64,000 nt of DNA from positions 13,392,001 through 13,456,000 of the forward strand of contig CP075497.1 of the NCBI GenBank assembly GCA_021613535.1, in the 5' to 3' direction. The notes below the pieces were generated by a model that was not told the origin of the DNA, made no database searches, and saw only the letters and a list, made by a program, of their open reading frames with translations. The stretch comes from Adineta vaga (taxonomy: Eukaryota; Animalia; Rotifera). This document shows, one piece after another, positions 27,774-40,684 of the stretch. How positions within the stretch are numbered: position 1 is the first letter of the stretch; each line of letters opens with the position of its first letter. A program made the translations under genes and the position numbers.

Positions 27774-28036
27774 GTTCTTTGAAAATTTCGAAAATATTTG
27801 ATAAAGTCTTCTTTTCTCTCTCACGCTCTCACATCCTCAGGTGATATAATAGATCTACATATGGTCACCTGTACTCACTCAAAAAAGATAACAATATATA
27901 CTCGATTTTGTTCGATGAGTGCTACAGTTTATTTATACAAATGTGAAGTCTTGAAGTTGTTCTAGTATTCCATAATGTTCTTTTGTTTTTCCGTAGGCTT
28001 CTTGTATTGACAAATGTATATTTCTATTCTTCAAGT

Positions 28037-28126
28037 TTGAGAGTGAACGTGTGTTAGACTGAAGAGAAGACTATCACCCCACACCCACACCCACACCCAC
28101 ACCCACACAATCACCCACATCTTTAA
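28037..28126. repeat. Telomere-like inverted-repeat element with five perfect CCCACA units
   Basis: TTGAGAGTGAACGTGTGT..(CCCACA)5 at 28078-28107..CACCCACATCTTTAA. Confidence 0.85.
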
Positions 28127-28285
28127 GATGATTTTAAGTTGGAAGAAATCGACTTCTATTTTTCTCTATGCTTTTAACATGATTAAGTGATGACTAATGC
28201 TTCTTTTGAAGAACAGAACAATTTTCATGATTCACATTGAGGAAGTAAATGAATAAGTTCTGTTTTTTCGTCATATTCATTCATC

Positions 28286-29256
28286 ATGGCAAGAAGTAAC
28301 AGTGAACAGAATAGCGATAATGACGATCTTATTTGTCCCATCACCATGGAATTATTTCGTGATCCAGTAACTGCAAGTGATGGACGTGTTTATGAACGAT
28401 CAGCAATCACACAATGGATTATTAAACATGGTACTAGTCCATTTACTAGACAACCATTGCAATTGAATGAATTGCAACCAGATGATCATTTAAGACAATT
28501 GGCGGCATGTCGTCGAAATTCAGTCGTTTCATACAACGTACAAAAGGGCACAATCACTTTGCCACCACTACGAACTAGTTCACGAAATGCTAGACCTATA
28601 CATTCCGGAGAACTTAGTAATAGAACAGCCATGGAGCCTGTTAATAACGATTGTAATAAAGGTGCAATTTGCTCGTGTTCCATTCGTATAGCAATTCCTT
28701 TGGGAATTGTATTCATAGTATATGTTCTACCTATCGTTTTAATAAATACAATTGGAAAATCACATTCGTCTTCAAGTAAGTAATTCTAATAGAGAAAAAT
28801 AAAGTTATTGAAATAATCTATTTTGTTTTTCTTTTATATATTTAATTAGCATCATCAATTTCATCCAACACAATATTTAACACAACAACAAATTTTTCAA
28901 ATGTATTAACAACAATGAGTTCAACATATACACCACCACATTATTTGACATTATCTAATTCTCACTATTATATTGTACGTAAAGTATTTATCAACATTTC
29001 TGGTTATTACGAAATTAAAAGTAATAGTGTCATAGATCTATATGGATATTTATATAATAAATCATTCAATGCATCAAATCCAATGATGAATTTACTTATA
29101 AGAGATAATAATAGTGGTGGTTTACAACAGTTTCGTGTACGACTTAATCTTTCTTATTCCTCTGTATATGATTTAGTGATCACTACCTTTTTACCAAATG
29201 TCACAGGATCGTTTTCTGTCTCAGTGGGTGGTCCAGCGACAGTAATTATCCAGTAA
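28286..29256 (+). CDS. U-box domain protein with TM helix and C-terminal extracellular domain (2 exons)
   Basis: LICPITMELFRDPVTASDGRVYERSAITQWI..TSPFTRQPL. Intron about 28777-28849. Confidence 0.88.
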
Positions 29257-29420
29257 AAACTGTCTCCATCTTCCATTTATTTTTATTCGAGAAAAATACT
29301 GAATGAAAATAATTTTAAGATCATTGAGAGTCTATTCATTTTTTTTATTCCAATCAACTTGTATTTTTTTCATGATCATAATCAATGTGATTGGTTTTCT
29401 AAAATTATTGATGAATTTTT

Positions 29421-29481
29421 TTGAAGGTGTAGGTGTGGTTGATACATAAATATGTTGTCTACACTCAATCTTACACTCCCA
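29421..29481. repeat. Telomere-like inverted-repeat element
   Basis: TTGAAGGTGTAGGTGTGG..CTACACTCAATCTTACACTCCCA. Confidence 0.7.
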
Positions 29482-29594
29482 TTCTTTCTTCAAATAATAG
29501 AAAACTTATCTAAAGAAATATCTCAATAGTATTTTTTTGTTTTTTCAAAGAAAAAGTTTAAAAAAAGACCTTGATCAACATCATTTTGTCTGTC

Positions 29595-29597
<3 letters not shown>

Positions 29598-29632
<35 letters not shown>
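29598..29632. repeat. (TA)n microsatellite
   Basis: About 17 TA units. Confidence 0.95.
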
Positions 29633-29634
<2 letters not shown>

Positions 29635-30504
29635 TTATTAAAACAGAGAAAATAATAATATAATTGTAATATGTCCGATGTTACCTAGATAAATATTTTT
29701 TTAGTTAAGTAGAATATCTATTTCAGAGGAAATTACAAAACAATAACTTTTTCATGATCATATAGTGTTTCAATATTATAAAAAAATGATTAAAAAAAAA
29801 TTAATGAAAGAAAGAAAGTGAAGTATCATAGAATTGAAAATTCGAAGATATGTATTTACATTTTCTGAGTGAAAAATTATATTTAGAAAAATCAAAAAGT
29901 ATTGTTAGAAACTGGGTTTTCTTTGAATAGATAGAACATCGTTTTTCTTTGTATATTTTTATCTTATTTGATCAATATCAAATTAAAAATAACGTAGTTT
30001 CTCTTATAATAAATAATCATCTGTATATACATTAACATATTTACTTTATAAATTAGATGAATTTAAAAAAAATAATAATTGAAATTAGATTTATTTTTTT
30101 TTAACATTATATTATATTATATTATATTAAAATATTTTCTTTTATTTTCTATAAACTTCCATTAAGAATATTAAAAAGTTTAATTGATTTTATAAAAATA
30201 AATATTTTTAAATAATATATTATCTTTTATCATCTTATTCAATAATAAAATCTCATTTTATAACTTTTGAAATTGTAATTAAAGTTTAAAAAGTATTTTT
30301 ATATTTAAATAATAAATTAAAATATCGAAAGTCATGCGTTGTTTTAATAATATCACTTTTATTTTCACATTCACTTGAATAAATTAAAATCGGAAATTAC
30401 TAAACAATATTTCTACGTAGTTATTATTAACTATAGAATAAAAATATATATCGAAAATTTCTATTAACACAATTTTATTTTTTCTTCTCTCATAAACATA
30501 AAAT

Positions 30505-33500
30505 ATGTCTTTGTTGAAGAATTATCTTCGTACTCTAAATTTTTTTGAACCAAAACCTAACAGTGATGAAAGAGAAAGTGAACAACAACGACGATGGAAT
30601 ATTATTGCTACTCGAATTTATTTGTTAATCCTAATTATTGCTCTTATTATTGTAGCTCTCATTTCATGGATGGATTCTCAAACAATAATAGTAACATTAG
30701 AACATCCGACTGAAGAACAGTTTAAAACTCTTCCTATTGATGTTCAATGTCCTTGTTCTCAAGTTTCTATTTCATATGGTGATTTCACTTCGATTCAAAC
30801 AATATTTCATCCAATATGTTCCAGTACTTTTATCTCTGATGAATGGATTAGAACAATTAATTCTGGATCAAATGCTACGCGTTTTAAACAAACAGATTTT
30901 CGAAAATATGGAAGTGCTTACTTTCAATCACTGGCTAGTTTTTGTCGTCTATCGAAATTAAATGTTGAACAGAGTATTATATCATTGTATTTGAATACTT
31001 TTCTTAGTCCAAAAGTCTTAATGAAAACAACTCTTGATTCACAAACACAATCAGCTATAGATCAATTTCAACGTACAGCACCTAATTCATTTGCATCTCA
31101 ATTACAACTAATACGACAAACGACTCGAGATAATGATCTTATATCTGGTCTTCAATCAAATAAATATTTAGAATATTCGTCACTAACTGACAGATTTGTT
31201 GTGTCGATTCCGTTAGGTACTTCATCAAATCCTAATTATCCTCCTTGTAATTGCATTAGCAGTATCGATTGTATATTACCATCGCAAATAGTTAATTCTT
31301 TTAATGGATTGAAAATTGATTTTAATGAAGGAAATATTTTAATGGAAATACCTGGATTTGTATGGAGTTGTTTACCAGTAAATGGAATTCTTTTCTCAAC
31401 ACTCGAATGTTTGTATAATCAAACATGTTTAGATGAACTTACTTCATATTTTACAACAACAAATCAATTCTTAGCAATGAAGGAAATACATAACAGTGAT
31501 TTCACAGCAAATTCTACTGTCAAATCTATGATCGATGTTTTAATGGTAGAAAAATGGACATCAATAATTTCTTATGAAAAATATTATGCTCAATGTGCTC
31601 CTATATTATGCACATATCTCACAATACAACGTCATAGTGTGTTATTTGTGTTAACAAGACTTATTGGTATACTAAGTGGTTTAACTCTTATCTTAGGATT
31701 GATGATTCCAATAATTGTTTCATTTATACGACGTCGATTATATCCTGAGCCAAGTCCACGTATTGCTTGTAAGTAGAATTTTATAGACTTGTACTTATTG
31801 AGAATATTTATTAATTTCTTTTTTTATTCTATTTTTAGTATTTGATCATTTACGTCAATTGAAAATAAAACTTTTGAAGATATTAATTGAACTTAATATT
31901 TTCAAACGTTATCCAAGTAATGATCGACAAATTTGTTTTCAACGTTATGCCACTCGATTTCACATATTATTCATTATAATTTCATTAACGACGTTAACGT
32001 TTTATTATTCAGTAATTAAAGTAAATTATCTTTCAATTATTCATAATCCAACTGTTTTTGAATATAATCAACTTGAACAAATTTATTCCGATAGTCTCTC
32101 ATGTCCATGTTCTTCAATTTCAACAAATTATTCAACTTTCATAACTATTGAACCTCATTATCATCAATTGTGTTTAAGTGATTTTGTTACACCACAATGG
32201 ATTAAATATTTCTTTTCAGTAAATGATGCTGAAGTTTTTTTTGGTGATTATCGAATAACGGCTTTATCTCACTTTCAATCACTTATAACGTTTTGTCAGC
32301 AAGCTCAACAAACAATCAATAATAGTCTGGGTATATTTTTTCAAACAGAATATATAAGCCCACATGTTGTTTCTCAACAAATATTGGTGTCTGAAATGAA
32401 TGTACTTATCAATGATTGGAAATTGACAACTCTTAATCAATTTGTATACACAATTCAACTTATCGGGACCATCACCCAAGGAAATCAGTTGGCAAATAGT
32501 GGTGTGAATTTCGATTTAGTTGCTTATGCGGATTCACTAAACGTAACAATAGAACCCAAGGTCTCTTCTAACTGTTCTTGTGCTTTATCTTCAACATGTC
32601 GTTTTGTTATTGGTATTTACAACTATAATGCATCTTCGACAGATTTGATCGAATTATATCAAGTCCCTAATTTCTTTCGAAGTTGTTATTTAGTCGAAGC
32701 TCTTCTAGAATCAACATTAGAATGTTTTTATAGTCTTCGGTGTATGAAAAAAATTGATGAATATATATCTGGTGGAACACAATTTAATTTTTCTGCTCTG
32801 AGCAAAACTCGCAATTCACCATATGAGAAAGTTGAATCAATCATTAATAAACTTATGGTTGATTCTTGGTCATGGAATGTCGCTTTTGCTTCATACTATA
32901 ATTCATGTGCTCCTGCATCATGTACATTTGAGTACGTACGTCGAAATAATCTTTTCTTCATTGTGACAACAATAACTGGTGCTTTTGGTGGTTTATCACT
33001 TGGTTTTCAACTTATTATTTTAATTATTCTTCGTGTTATCGAAAAATTAATTGAAGATTCTTCTCATATTAGTATGATGCATTTTATAAGACGATTATTT
33101 AGTTGTCAAGATGAACATCAATTGATACGACGATTGCATTTTATTTTAGTGATCATATCTCTATTTATTCTCTATTTATTTTCTGCTTTCAAAACTGAAA
33201 TAATGACTGTAGAAGTGAAGAAACCACTACTTTCTGACTATCAAGATTTGATTAGAAGATTTCCTGATTCAGTACAATGTTCTTGTTCACAGATATCAAT
33301 TACCTATCATACGTTTCTCAATATTACACCTCGTTTTCATAAAGTATGTTCAAGTGTCTTTGTGTCGAAAACTTGGATCGAATATCTGTACAATCCAGGG
33401 AAACTTTCTCGTCGTTATGATTATACCGATTTTCTATACTCAGCCACTGCACAATTTCAATTACTCGCGTCACTTTGTCAACTATCACAACAAGCAGTAA

Positions 33501-34204
33501 ATGAATCAATTTCACAATTAATTCAAAGTAATTTCATTAATAGTCAACTCTTATCGCCGATTTTATTTAATAAACGAATTCAAAAAGTTATTACTCAATT
33601 TCAAATGGCCATACCAAGATTATTTTTAAGTATTCTCTCTTTAATTCGAGAGACAACAGGTGCGAATATGATAATCACGACATTTTCTACAAGCTGGGTG
33701 CTCGATACTTCTTCAACTACAAGTAATAATCTACGTATAAATACAGCACCTTTAATTTATAATGGATGCAGTTGTTCTGTATCAGCAAAATGTGTTCAAC
33801 CATCCCGAAACATGTTAGCTGGTTGTTATCCACTGGAAGCTTTGTTGCAAACAACACTAAAATGTCTCTATAATCAGGAATGTATCGATTCAAGTAGAAC
33901 GTTCAAAGCAATGATACTTTCTTCTTCAAATCCTAGTCGTTTTAATATTAATTCAACAATTGAATTAATTATGAACGAACTGATGGTTGAACAATACCTA
34001 AGTAACATATATTTTGAAGATTATTTTACTCAATGTGCACCATTATCGTGTACCTATTCGTATATTGTAAAAAGTAATCTAATTGACGGAATGACAAGCC
34101 TCATTTCACTTTATGGTGGTTTGGTGATTATTTGTCGAGTACTTGCTGTATTAATTATTAAACAATTTCGACGTCAAACAATAAGAATTAATCCACATTA
34201 CTGA
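30505..34204 (+). CDS. Cys-rich multi-pass membrane protein, three modules; paralogue of 7190-13007 (2 exons)
   Basis: Same repeated motifs. Single short intron about 31769-31838. Confidence 0.88.
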
Positions 34205-34337
34205 CATCGTTAATTGTACTTTATATATTCTGATCTAAAATCACCAAAATGAAGAAAACAATACGAAAATAAAAACTAATATCAGATACGTAATGATCAT
34301 TTTCCCCGAAGAAAATAAAAATTTTGTGCTATGATAA

Positions 34338-34387
34338 TGAGGATCATACAAAATAATATTCAGAAGAATTAATACCCATACCCTCAA
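34338..34387. repeat. Telomere-like inverted-repeat element (degenerate left arm)
   Basis: TGAGGAT..ATACCCATACCCTCAA. Confidence 0.6.
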
Positions 34388-34526
34388 GAAAACTCGCTTC
34401 AGTCTTTTTATTCGTTAATAAATGACGTTTTGACTTAAACGAAAACCATATCATATCGCACTTCGAACGACTTCTAAAGGTGTTATGATGAAGTACAAAA
34501 CAAAAGTATATCGAGAAATGCGAGAA

Positions 34527-34586
34527 TAGGGTATGAATGTGAGTAGAATATTTACATATCAATCTCATTCTCACCCACACCCTCAA
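34527..34586. repeat. Telomere-like inverted-repeat element
   Basis: AGGGTATGAATGTGAGT..CTCATTCTCACCCACACCCTCAA. Confidence 0.8.
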
Positions 34587-34692
34587 ATATAGACAAAGAG
34601 TACAGTTACACATTAACATCTTCATTCTCAAGATTCGAAATTTTTATTTGAAATCAAAAATAAGATATTTTCGTTTTACGATTTAATTCTCA

Positions 34693-36247
34693 TTAAGAAA
34701 TAAAATAAAATTTTTGAATTCGATGATTGTCTTGATCACTAACATAAAGATTTTCTTCTAAATCAAATGATAAATCAGTGGGCCATTTCAATTGATCTGA
34801 TTCTCTTTCTCCTACATTTTCACCGACAATAATTTCACCTACTGAACCTCCTTCACTCCAACGAATTATTCGATTATTATAACGATCTGCCACAAAAATA
34901 TTATTATAATTATCGATAAACAATCCTTCAGGATCATTCAATTGATTAAGTTTATTTCCTTGACCATTTCATCACACGATGATTCAAACTATCTGATATA
35001 TAAATTGATTGTTCATCATCAACAAACATATAAGAAGGATACTTCAATTGATTAAGTTGATCTCCCCATCCGTTTCCTTCAGCAACTAATGTTCCATCTT
35101 TTCCTTTTATTTCTCCCATTTTCCATCGTCTCACATCTTTTTTTATATAATCAGAAACATAAAGAAATCGATATTTATCTATTGCTAAACCATAACAATC
35201 GATGTTTTTAATAAGAATTTCTTGTTGAGTTTGATTGAACCATTGAATTACTCGTTTATTGTCTCGATCAGCAATAATCAATGAATTATTTTGTTCACCG
35301 ACAATTATATCTGTTGGATTATACAATTGATTTATTCTTGTTCCATTTCCATTACCACCAGCAATAATATCTCCTTGATTTTCATTGAATTTCCAATGAA
35401 TAATACGATGATTCAAGAAATCAGCAATAAAAATATTATTATTTCGATCAATAAGCATTCCAGAAGGACCATTGAGTTGATTTAATTTGTTTCCTTTTCC
35501 ATTACCTCCAGCGACTGTGATTTCCTCTTGTTTCCATTTGTTGAATTTCGTTTCTGAATATAAGATAAAAGAGAAATATCAAAAGACACTTCGCGGATGA
35601 ATAAGCGTCGAGTACATGTTTAACACTGATAACAAATTTTAGTCTCTCATTTTCGATGTGAAATATTGATAAGTTGAAAATATTCTGCTGAAACTTACTT
35701 GTCGTTGTAATCTCCGTTGGTGTGATGGTAGTTGTCACTATTCATCAATACAAAACTTCTCAACTTTCGACGAAAGAATGAATTATATAATTTCTACTTA
35801 TACTTGTTGATATTGATGGACAAATGTTTTCACTCATCATTGATACTGGATAACAAACAGGATCGTTCCTACATCGAGAGTGATGAACACACACATGATC
35901 TGGATCAGAACATTCTTGTGAAGATTCACATGGTATAAGTTGAGAACAGAATTTCCAGAGGAAAGTACAAACACCAACATTATTAGCACCGACCATAGGA
36001 AAACAACCACAAGCACTATTAGTCGAACATCGATCATAAGGAGTTGTACTATCACATACTTGAGAGTTTATTCGAACTATCAGACATAATTATACTAAAG
36101 AGTAAATCTATAAGATATAATAGCAAACAAATCTATCAAACTAGAATAGAATATATTCAATGTCGAAAAGTTTAGAAAAAAAAAATGAAATTTTCAATAC
36201 CTTAAAGTAACAAAAACGAAACCAGTGATTGTTGTTTTTCTTGTCAT
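34693..36247 (-). pseudogene. NHL-repeat protein with N-terminal Cys-rich domain; frameshift near 34950
   Basis: Repeated AGGNGNG..NQL..P..I.VD and YVSD..NHRI motifs, with a frame break between ORFs 34952 and 34693. Confidence 0.8.
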
Positions 36248-36532
36248 TGTAGAATTGAATTTAAATGACAAAATATTGTTTCCTAACAAATATGTAATCT
36301 TTTGATAATTGATAAAAAAAAAGAAAAGAAAAAATGATATCGCTTTTATCGATTATAATATAGTTAATCCTATAGTGTATCTTGAGGATGAGGCCTTTCT
36401 CTTCCCAGCATCGACAAAGTCAATGTTTCTGTATTTCGTATTATCATTATGGATAATTGAGAATTTTTCATATTGGAATTTTCTCTTTTCCTTTACCAGT
36501 AAATTCTTTTTAATTTTTTTCTGACGAAATCT

Positions 36533-36660
36533 TTATCGAGAAATAAAATCAAATTCTCGAATTCGATCAATCTCTCCATTGCTTACATATAGATTCCTTT
36601 CCAAATCAAATGATAAATCTAGGGGAGAAAACAATAGCTTTGGTCCTTCTACCCAACCAT
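36533..36660 (-). pseudogene. 3' fragment of an NHL-repeat gene
   Basis: PLDLSFDLERNLYVSNGEIDRIREFD. Begins immediately at the element at 36662. Confidence 0.7.
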
Positions 36661-36661
36661 C

Positions 36662-36736
36662 TTGAGGGTGGGTGTGGATGTGAATGTGGGTGATGGTGTT
36701 ATCAGTTTCTGTCTGCAAAGACACCCACATCCTCAA
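36662..36736. repeat. Telomere-like inverted-repeat element
   Basis: TTGAGGGTGGGTGTGGATGTGAATGTGGGTG..ACACCCACATCCTCAA. Confidence 0.9.
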
Positions 36737-37221
36737 ATGTTCAAATACCGAAGAAAAACGTTTAAAATTTTAATATATAATTTGATTTTTTATTCTACTT
36801 TTTTTAATTACTCCTATTTACACTTGTTTCCTAGAAATACATTTCTTATTACATAATTTAACCATCGACTGATAATTTTTTTCTGGTAAATAATTGAACT
36901 GTAACAATAGACAAATAATAGATCTTTTTATAATGACAAAATAAAATGAGGAGGTGATTGACAGCGTCATTCGTTGATATCCACTCACATCCACAACGAT
37001 AGTCGCCAATTGAACAATGCTATTGTTCTTATTGGTTTAATCGAACGCGCAATCATATGCAGTAAAGATTTTTTTCCTTTATTTAAGAATGACTATATAT
37101 AAAACAAAAGATGCACTCTTTCATAGCGAAAAGAATATAAAGCAATGTTTCATCATATTTGATTGAATCTCTTTAGGTACATAAAATATTTCTTATAAAT
37201 TTTCTAAATCATTAAACATCG

Positions 37222-38423
37222 ATGGTGAGTTAAATTTTATTAAAATAAAAGTTAGAAATATTAATTTCTATGTTTGTTTATAGGCTGATGAATTAATAAT
37301 GAATTTTAATGACACAAGTAACAATTTAACAGTGAATTGGAAAGTCATTAATTTTAAATCTATAATGGATCAAAAGTTTATTGAATCGAAGAAGTTCTCA
37401 ATGCCTTTCTTTTCTGCAATATTATGGACCATTAAATTTTATCCTCTTGCTCAAAACAATACTGATAATATCACCTTTTCTTCTAACCAGAAAAACAGTA
37501 TCGGGGTTGTACTTTGTGCTGACGGGAATGTATTTGCAAATTATAAATTTGACTATCAATCAAAAGACGCACACCAATATATGATCACTTCACCTTTTAC
37601 TATTGGTAAGTTTTCATATAGTATAACTAAACTTTATTAATTATATTTTGATCTCGATTCATTTCTAAATTTAACTCTATCATAATTTTCGACTTTAGTA
37701 ACACAATCATATTATTACATGAGAAATGGATCAAGTCAATATTTCTGTACTGCACGTTCCGAAAGTTCTATGTTTACTTTTGATCATTGTGATATATTAT
37801 CAAATGACGTTCAAATCATTTGTACGATTACAATTCCATTCGATTCATATATTGGCGGTGAAATGTTACGTCCATTTCAGCATGGACTAAAAATTTTAAA
37901 TAGTCAAAGACATTGTGATTTTGTTATCAAAGTTCAAGATAAATGTTTTAATGTTCATAAATGTGTCTTATCTACTCATTGGCCACATTTTGTTACTTTG
38001 CTTGAATCTGAAATGTCTGAAGCGAAAAGTGGAACAATAATAATTAAAGATGAAAATTTTGATTTGATTGAAGCAATGATTTATTATATTTATACTGGTA
38101 CTTCGAATGTAACAGATGTTAATATGGCTTTAGAACTCATAACTGTTTCTGATAAATACAATTTAATTGATCTTAAAACAAAATCTTTACAATTTGTAAT
38201 TAAAAAGATGAATGAACAATGTGTCGTCAAAGCTCTTTTCAAAGCTAAACTTCATGGTTTAAATGATTTATTGGAAGCTTGTATTAATTGTCTGAAAAAA
38301 GACTCAACTTCGATCAATGCTCTCTCTGATTATGATTTATTGATTAAGTCTAAAGATGGTTTGGAACTTCTTTCCTTGTGTTTGGACAATGTTCGTGGTA
38401 TTAAACGTAAATTCGACGAATAG
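37222..38423 (+). CDS. MATH-BTB (SPOP-like) protein
   Basis: MATH-like WKVINF..WTIKFYP and BTB CDFVIKVQDKCFNVHKCVLS..AMIYYIYTG. Two short introns. Confidence 0.85.
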
Positions 38424-38539
38424 AAGGATGAAAACTAATTAATATTTAGAAAAAAAAAACAATAAATAATAAATAGATTTTTGAATCATAGAATATTTTA
38501 CTACGAGATTGAAAATATACAGTAATCAAACATATGCCA

Positions 38540-39000
38540 AAGGAAAACTTACGATTATATGCATTAGAAACTACAACTGTTCCGTTTTGTTCTACTCCTC
38601 CGTTTGCTGTATACTTTTTTACATAATTATAAAATAGTCTGTTATGTATAGATGTTCTTCTCTCTTGGATCTATTGCAACACTCAATAACCACTCAGCTC
38701 GAGCGGAGAACAGTACGATTACGGAGACCTTTAGACCAACGAATGAGACTCTCTTTTTTCGCTATGAACATTGTACCTTTCTTATCAATAACTAAATCAG
38801 TTGGACAATCAAGTCCATCAATCACCACTGTTACATTTGTCGAATCATACTCCTGTTTGACTATTCGAAAGTTATAAACATCAGCAATAAATAATGTATT
38901 GTGATGATCGATAAATATTCCTTGACGATAGCCAATCTTGTCTGATCCAACAACTGTATCTGCTTCTGTTTGCCACATCGCATCGAGTGGTGGAAAGTCT
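38540..39000 (-). pseudogene. Degenerate NHL-repeat fragment
   Basis: GIFIDHHNTLFIADVYNFRIV, PTDLVIDK. Confidence 0.7.
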
Positions 39001-39156
39001 AACGATAGAAAGCTCTTTCTTTTCGATCACGAACTAATCAATTCTTGAATAATACTTATTCTCAGGTTATTTTTACAAAAATTTTCTTTTCTGTGGAATA
39101 TATCATGAATAAATATACATAGGTTTGTATAGAATTTGACAAGATCGAATAGGAAA

Positions 39157-39206
39157 TGGAGGGTGTGGGTAGTTCTATATTCGGTCATCCACATCTACAT
39201 CCTCAA
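39157..39206. repeat. Telomere-like inverted-repeat element
   Basis: TGGAGGGTGTGGGT..CATCCACATCTACATCCTCAA. Confidence 0.85.
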
Positions 39207-39209
39207 TAA

Positions 39210-39900
39210 TTCTGTGATTTATCTCTAAATTGTACAATTCAAGGTAATTATCTTAAAAGAAATTCTACTAAAATGAGATATATATATACCAAAGTGAATC
39301 ATTTCTCCAATCAACTCTCGAATATTTTCATGATCAATATCCTTTCTTGATCTTATTCAACAAAATACAAATGATCACAATTCATCATCTCTTTCTTTAA
39401 TAAAATTGAATTCATTTTTCGAAAATACAACAATCGATAAACTTTTACATGATTTATTTATCATATTATGAATAATGTTCGTCTTCAATTTGTTTCTATA
39501 CTCTTATTGAAAAATTTAATATTCTTTATATATTTAATCTTATTCTTAATCTTCAAGATGATTAAACAATGATTTTTAAATATGGATTTGTCCAAATTTT
39601 ATTCTAATCGAAAACGACGAATTATTTTCATTTCTTTTTTTATGAAAGTTCATCTCGTATAAAAAACTAATACAACTTTCAATTATGAAAATATCATAAA
39701 CTGAGTAAATCATTTTTGTTTAGAGAGACTCATATGATTGATCATTATTCAAGAAAATATCTTTAATTGTATTAATTTTTTATGGAATGGACATGAAACT
39801 TTTCAAATACAAATAATTTATAGAAATAATACAAATATTTTCATTAATGATAGAATTAATATAAATTTTATTCTTTTCAATTCATTTTAATCTTCAAAAA
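39210..39900 (+). pseudogene. Decayed internal fragment of the Cys-rich multi-TM family
   Basis: CDLSLNCTIQ and LQSTLEYFHDQ, starting mid-module right after the element. Confidence 0.5.
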
Positions 39901-40684
39901 ATATCCTAAACATTTCAACAACTCTATTTTACTTTACAATTTGTCTTAGATTTATCAAAAAAGATATAGTACTTGAAATTCTCTATTAAGTTGTTATTTA
40001 ACTTTCTTGTTTTTTTTTCATCTAACAGTCCTCTTACTGAGAAATAGATTTAAATTCACGCATATTATATTTGTTTTTCATTGATTATATCTAACACGTT
40101 ATGTTTTGACTTTTAATTTAAAAAAACATTTAATGAAATCGCAGTAGATTCGATAGACCGAAAAATTAAAGAAAACATGTGCGCATTAATTGAAAATAAT
40201 TATACACGAATCAATTTATTATATTGTACATCAAAGACCATACAGGTGAGGTTTATACGACATACTCAGTATTATATTAAAATATTTCTTTTTATAATGA
40301 AAATTTGTGTGCAATGTTTAAGAGATCGTGTTAAGTCTTTTGCTATTACTTGTCTATCACACCGTTTCTTTTCTATCAGTTATATCTATGAGTACATGCA
40401 ATTCTTCATTAGTACATTGTCTGTGTATTATAAACTCATTTGATTCTCTAATCAAACTATATTCTTACAAAAATGCATTAAGATGAAAACTACCATAGAT
40501 TATTTTAAATACTAAACAATAAAAAGTATCCTACTCGAAATACTCATACTGTCGTCCTTATAAATCATATTCTTCCATTGATAATTCATTCTCTTCTTAT
40601 TACTCGGACTTATTTATTTAGGTAATATACAAACGTTCTACACGCAACGCAGCTGGTACAGAATAATTCGTTACAGACAAACGT

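Noticed and set aside
27821-27840. C-rich arm-like TCACGCTCTCACATCCTCAG just upstream of the P450 start
   Set aside because: No partner G-rich arm is visible. It was not counted as a full site, though it may be a relic.
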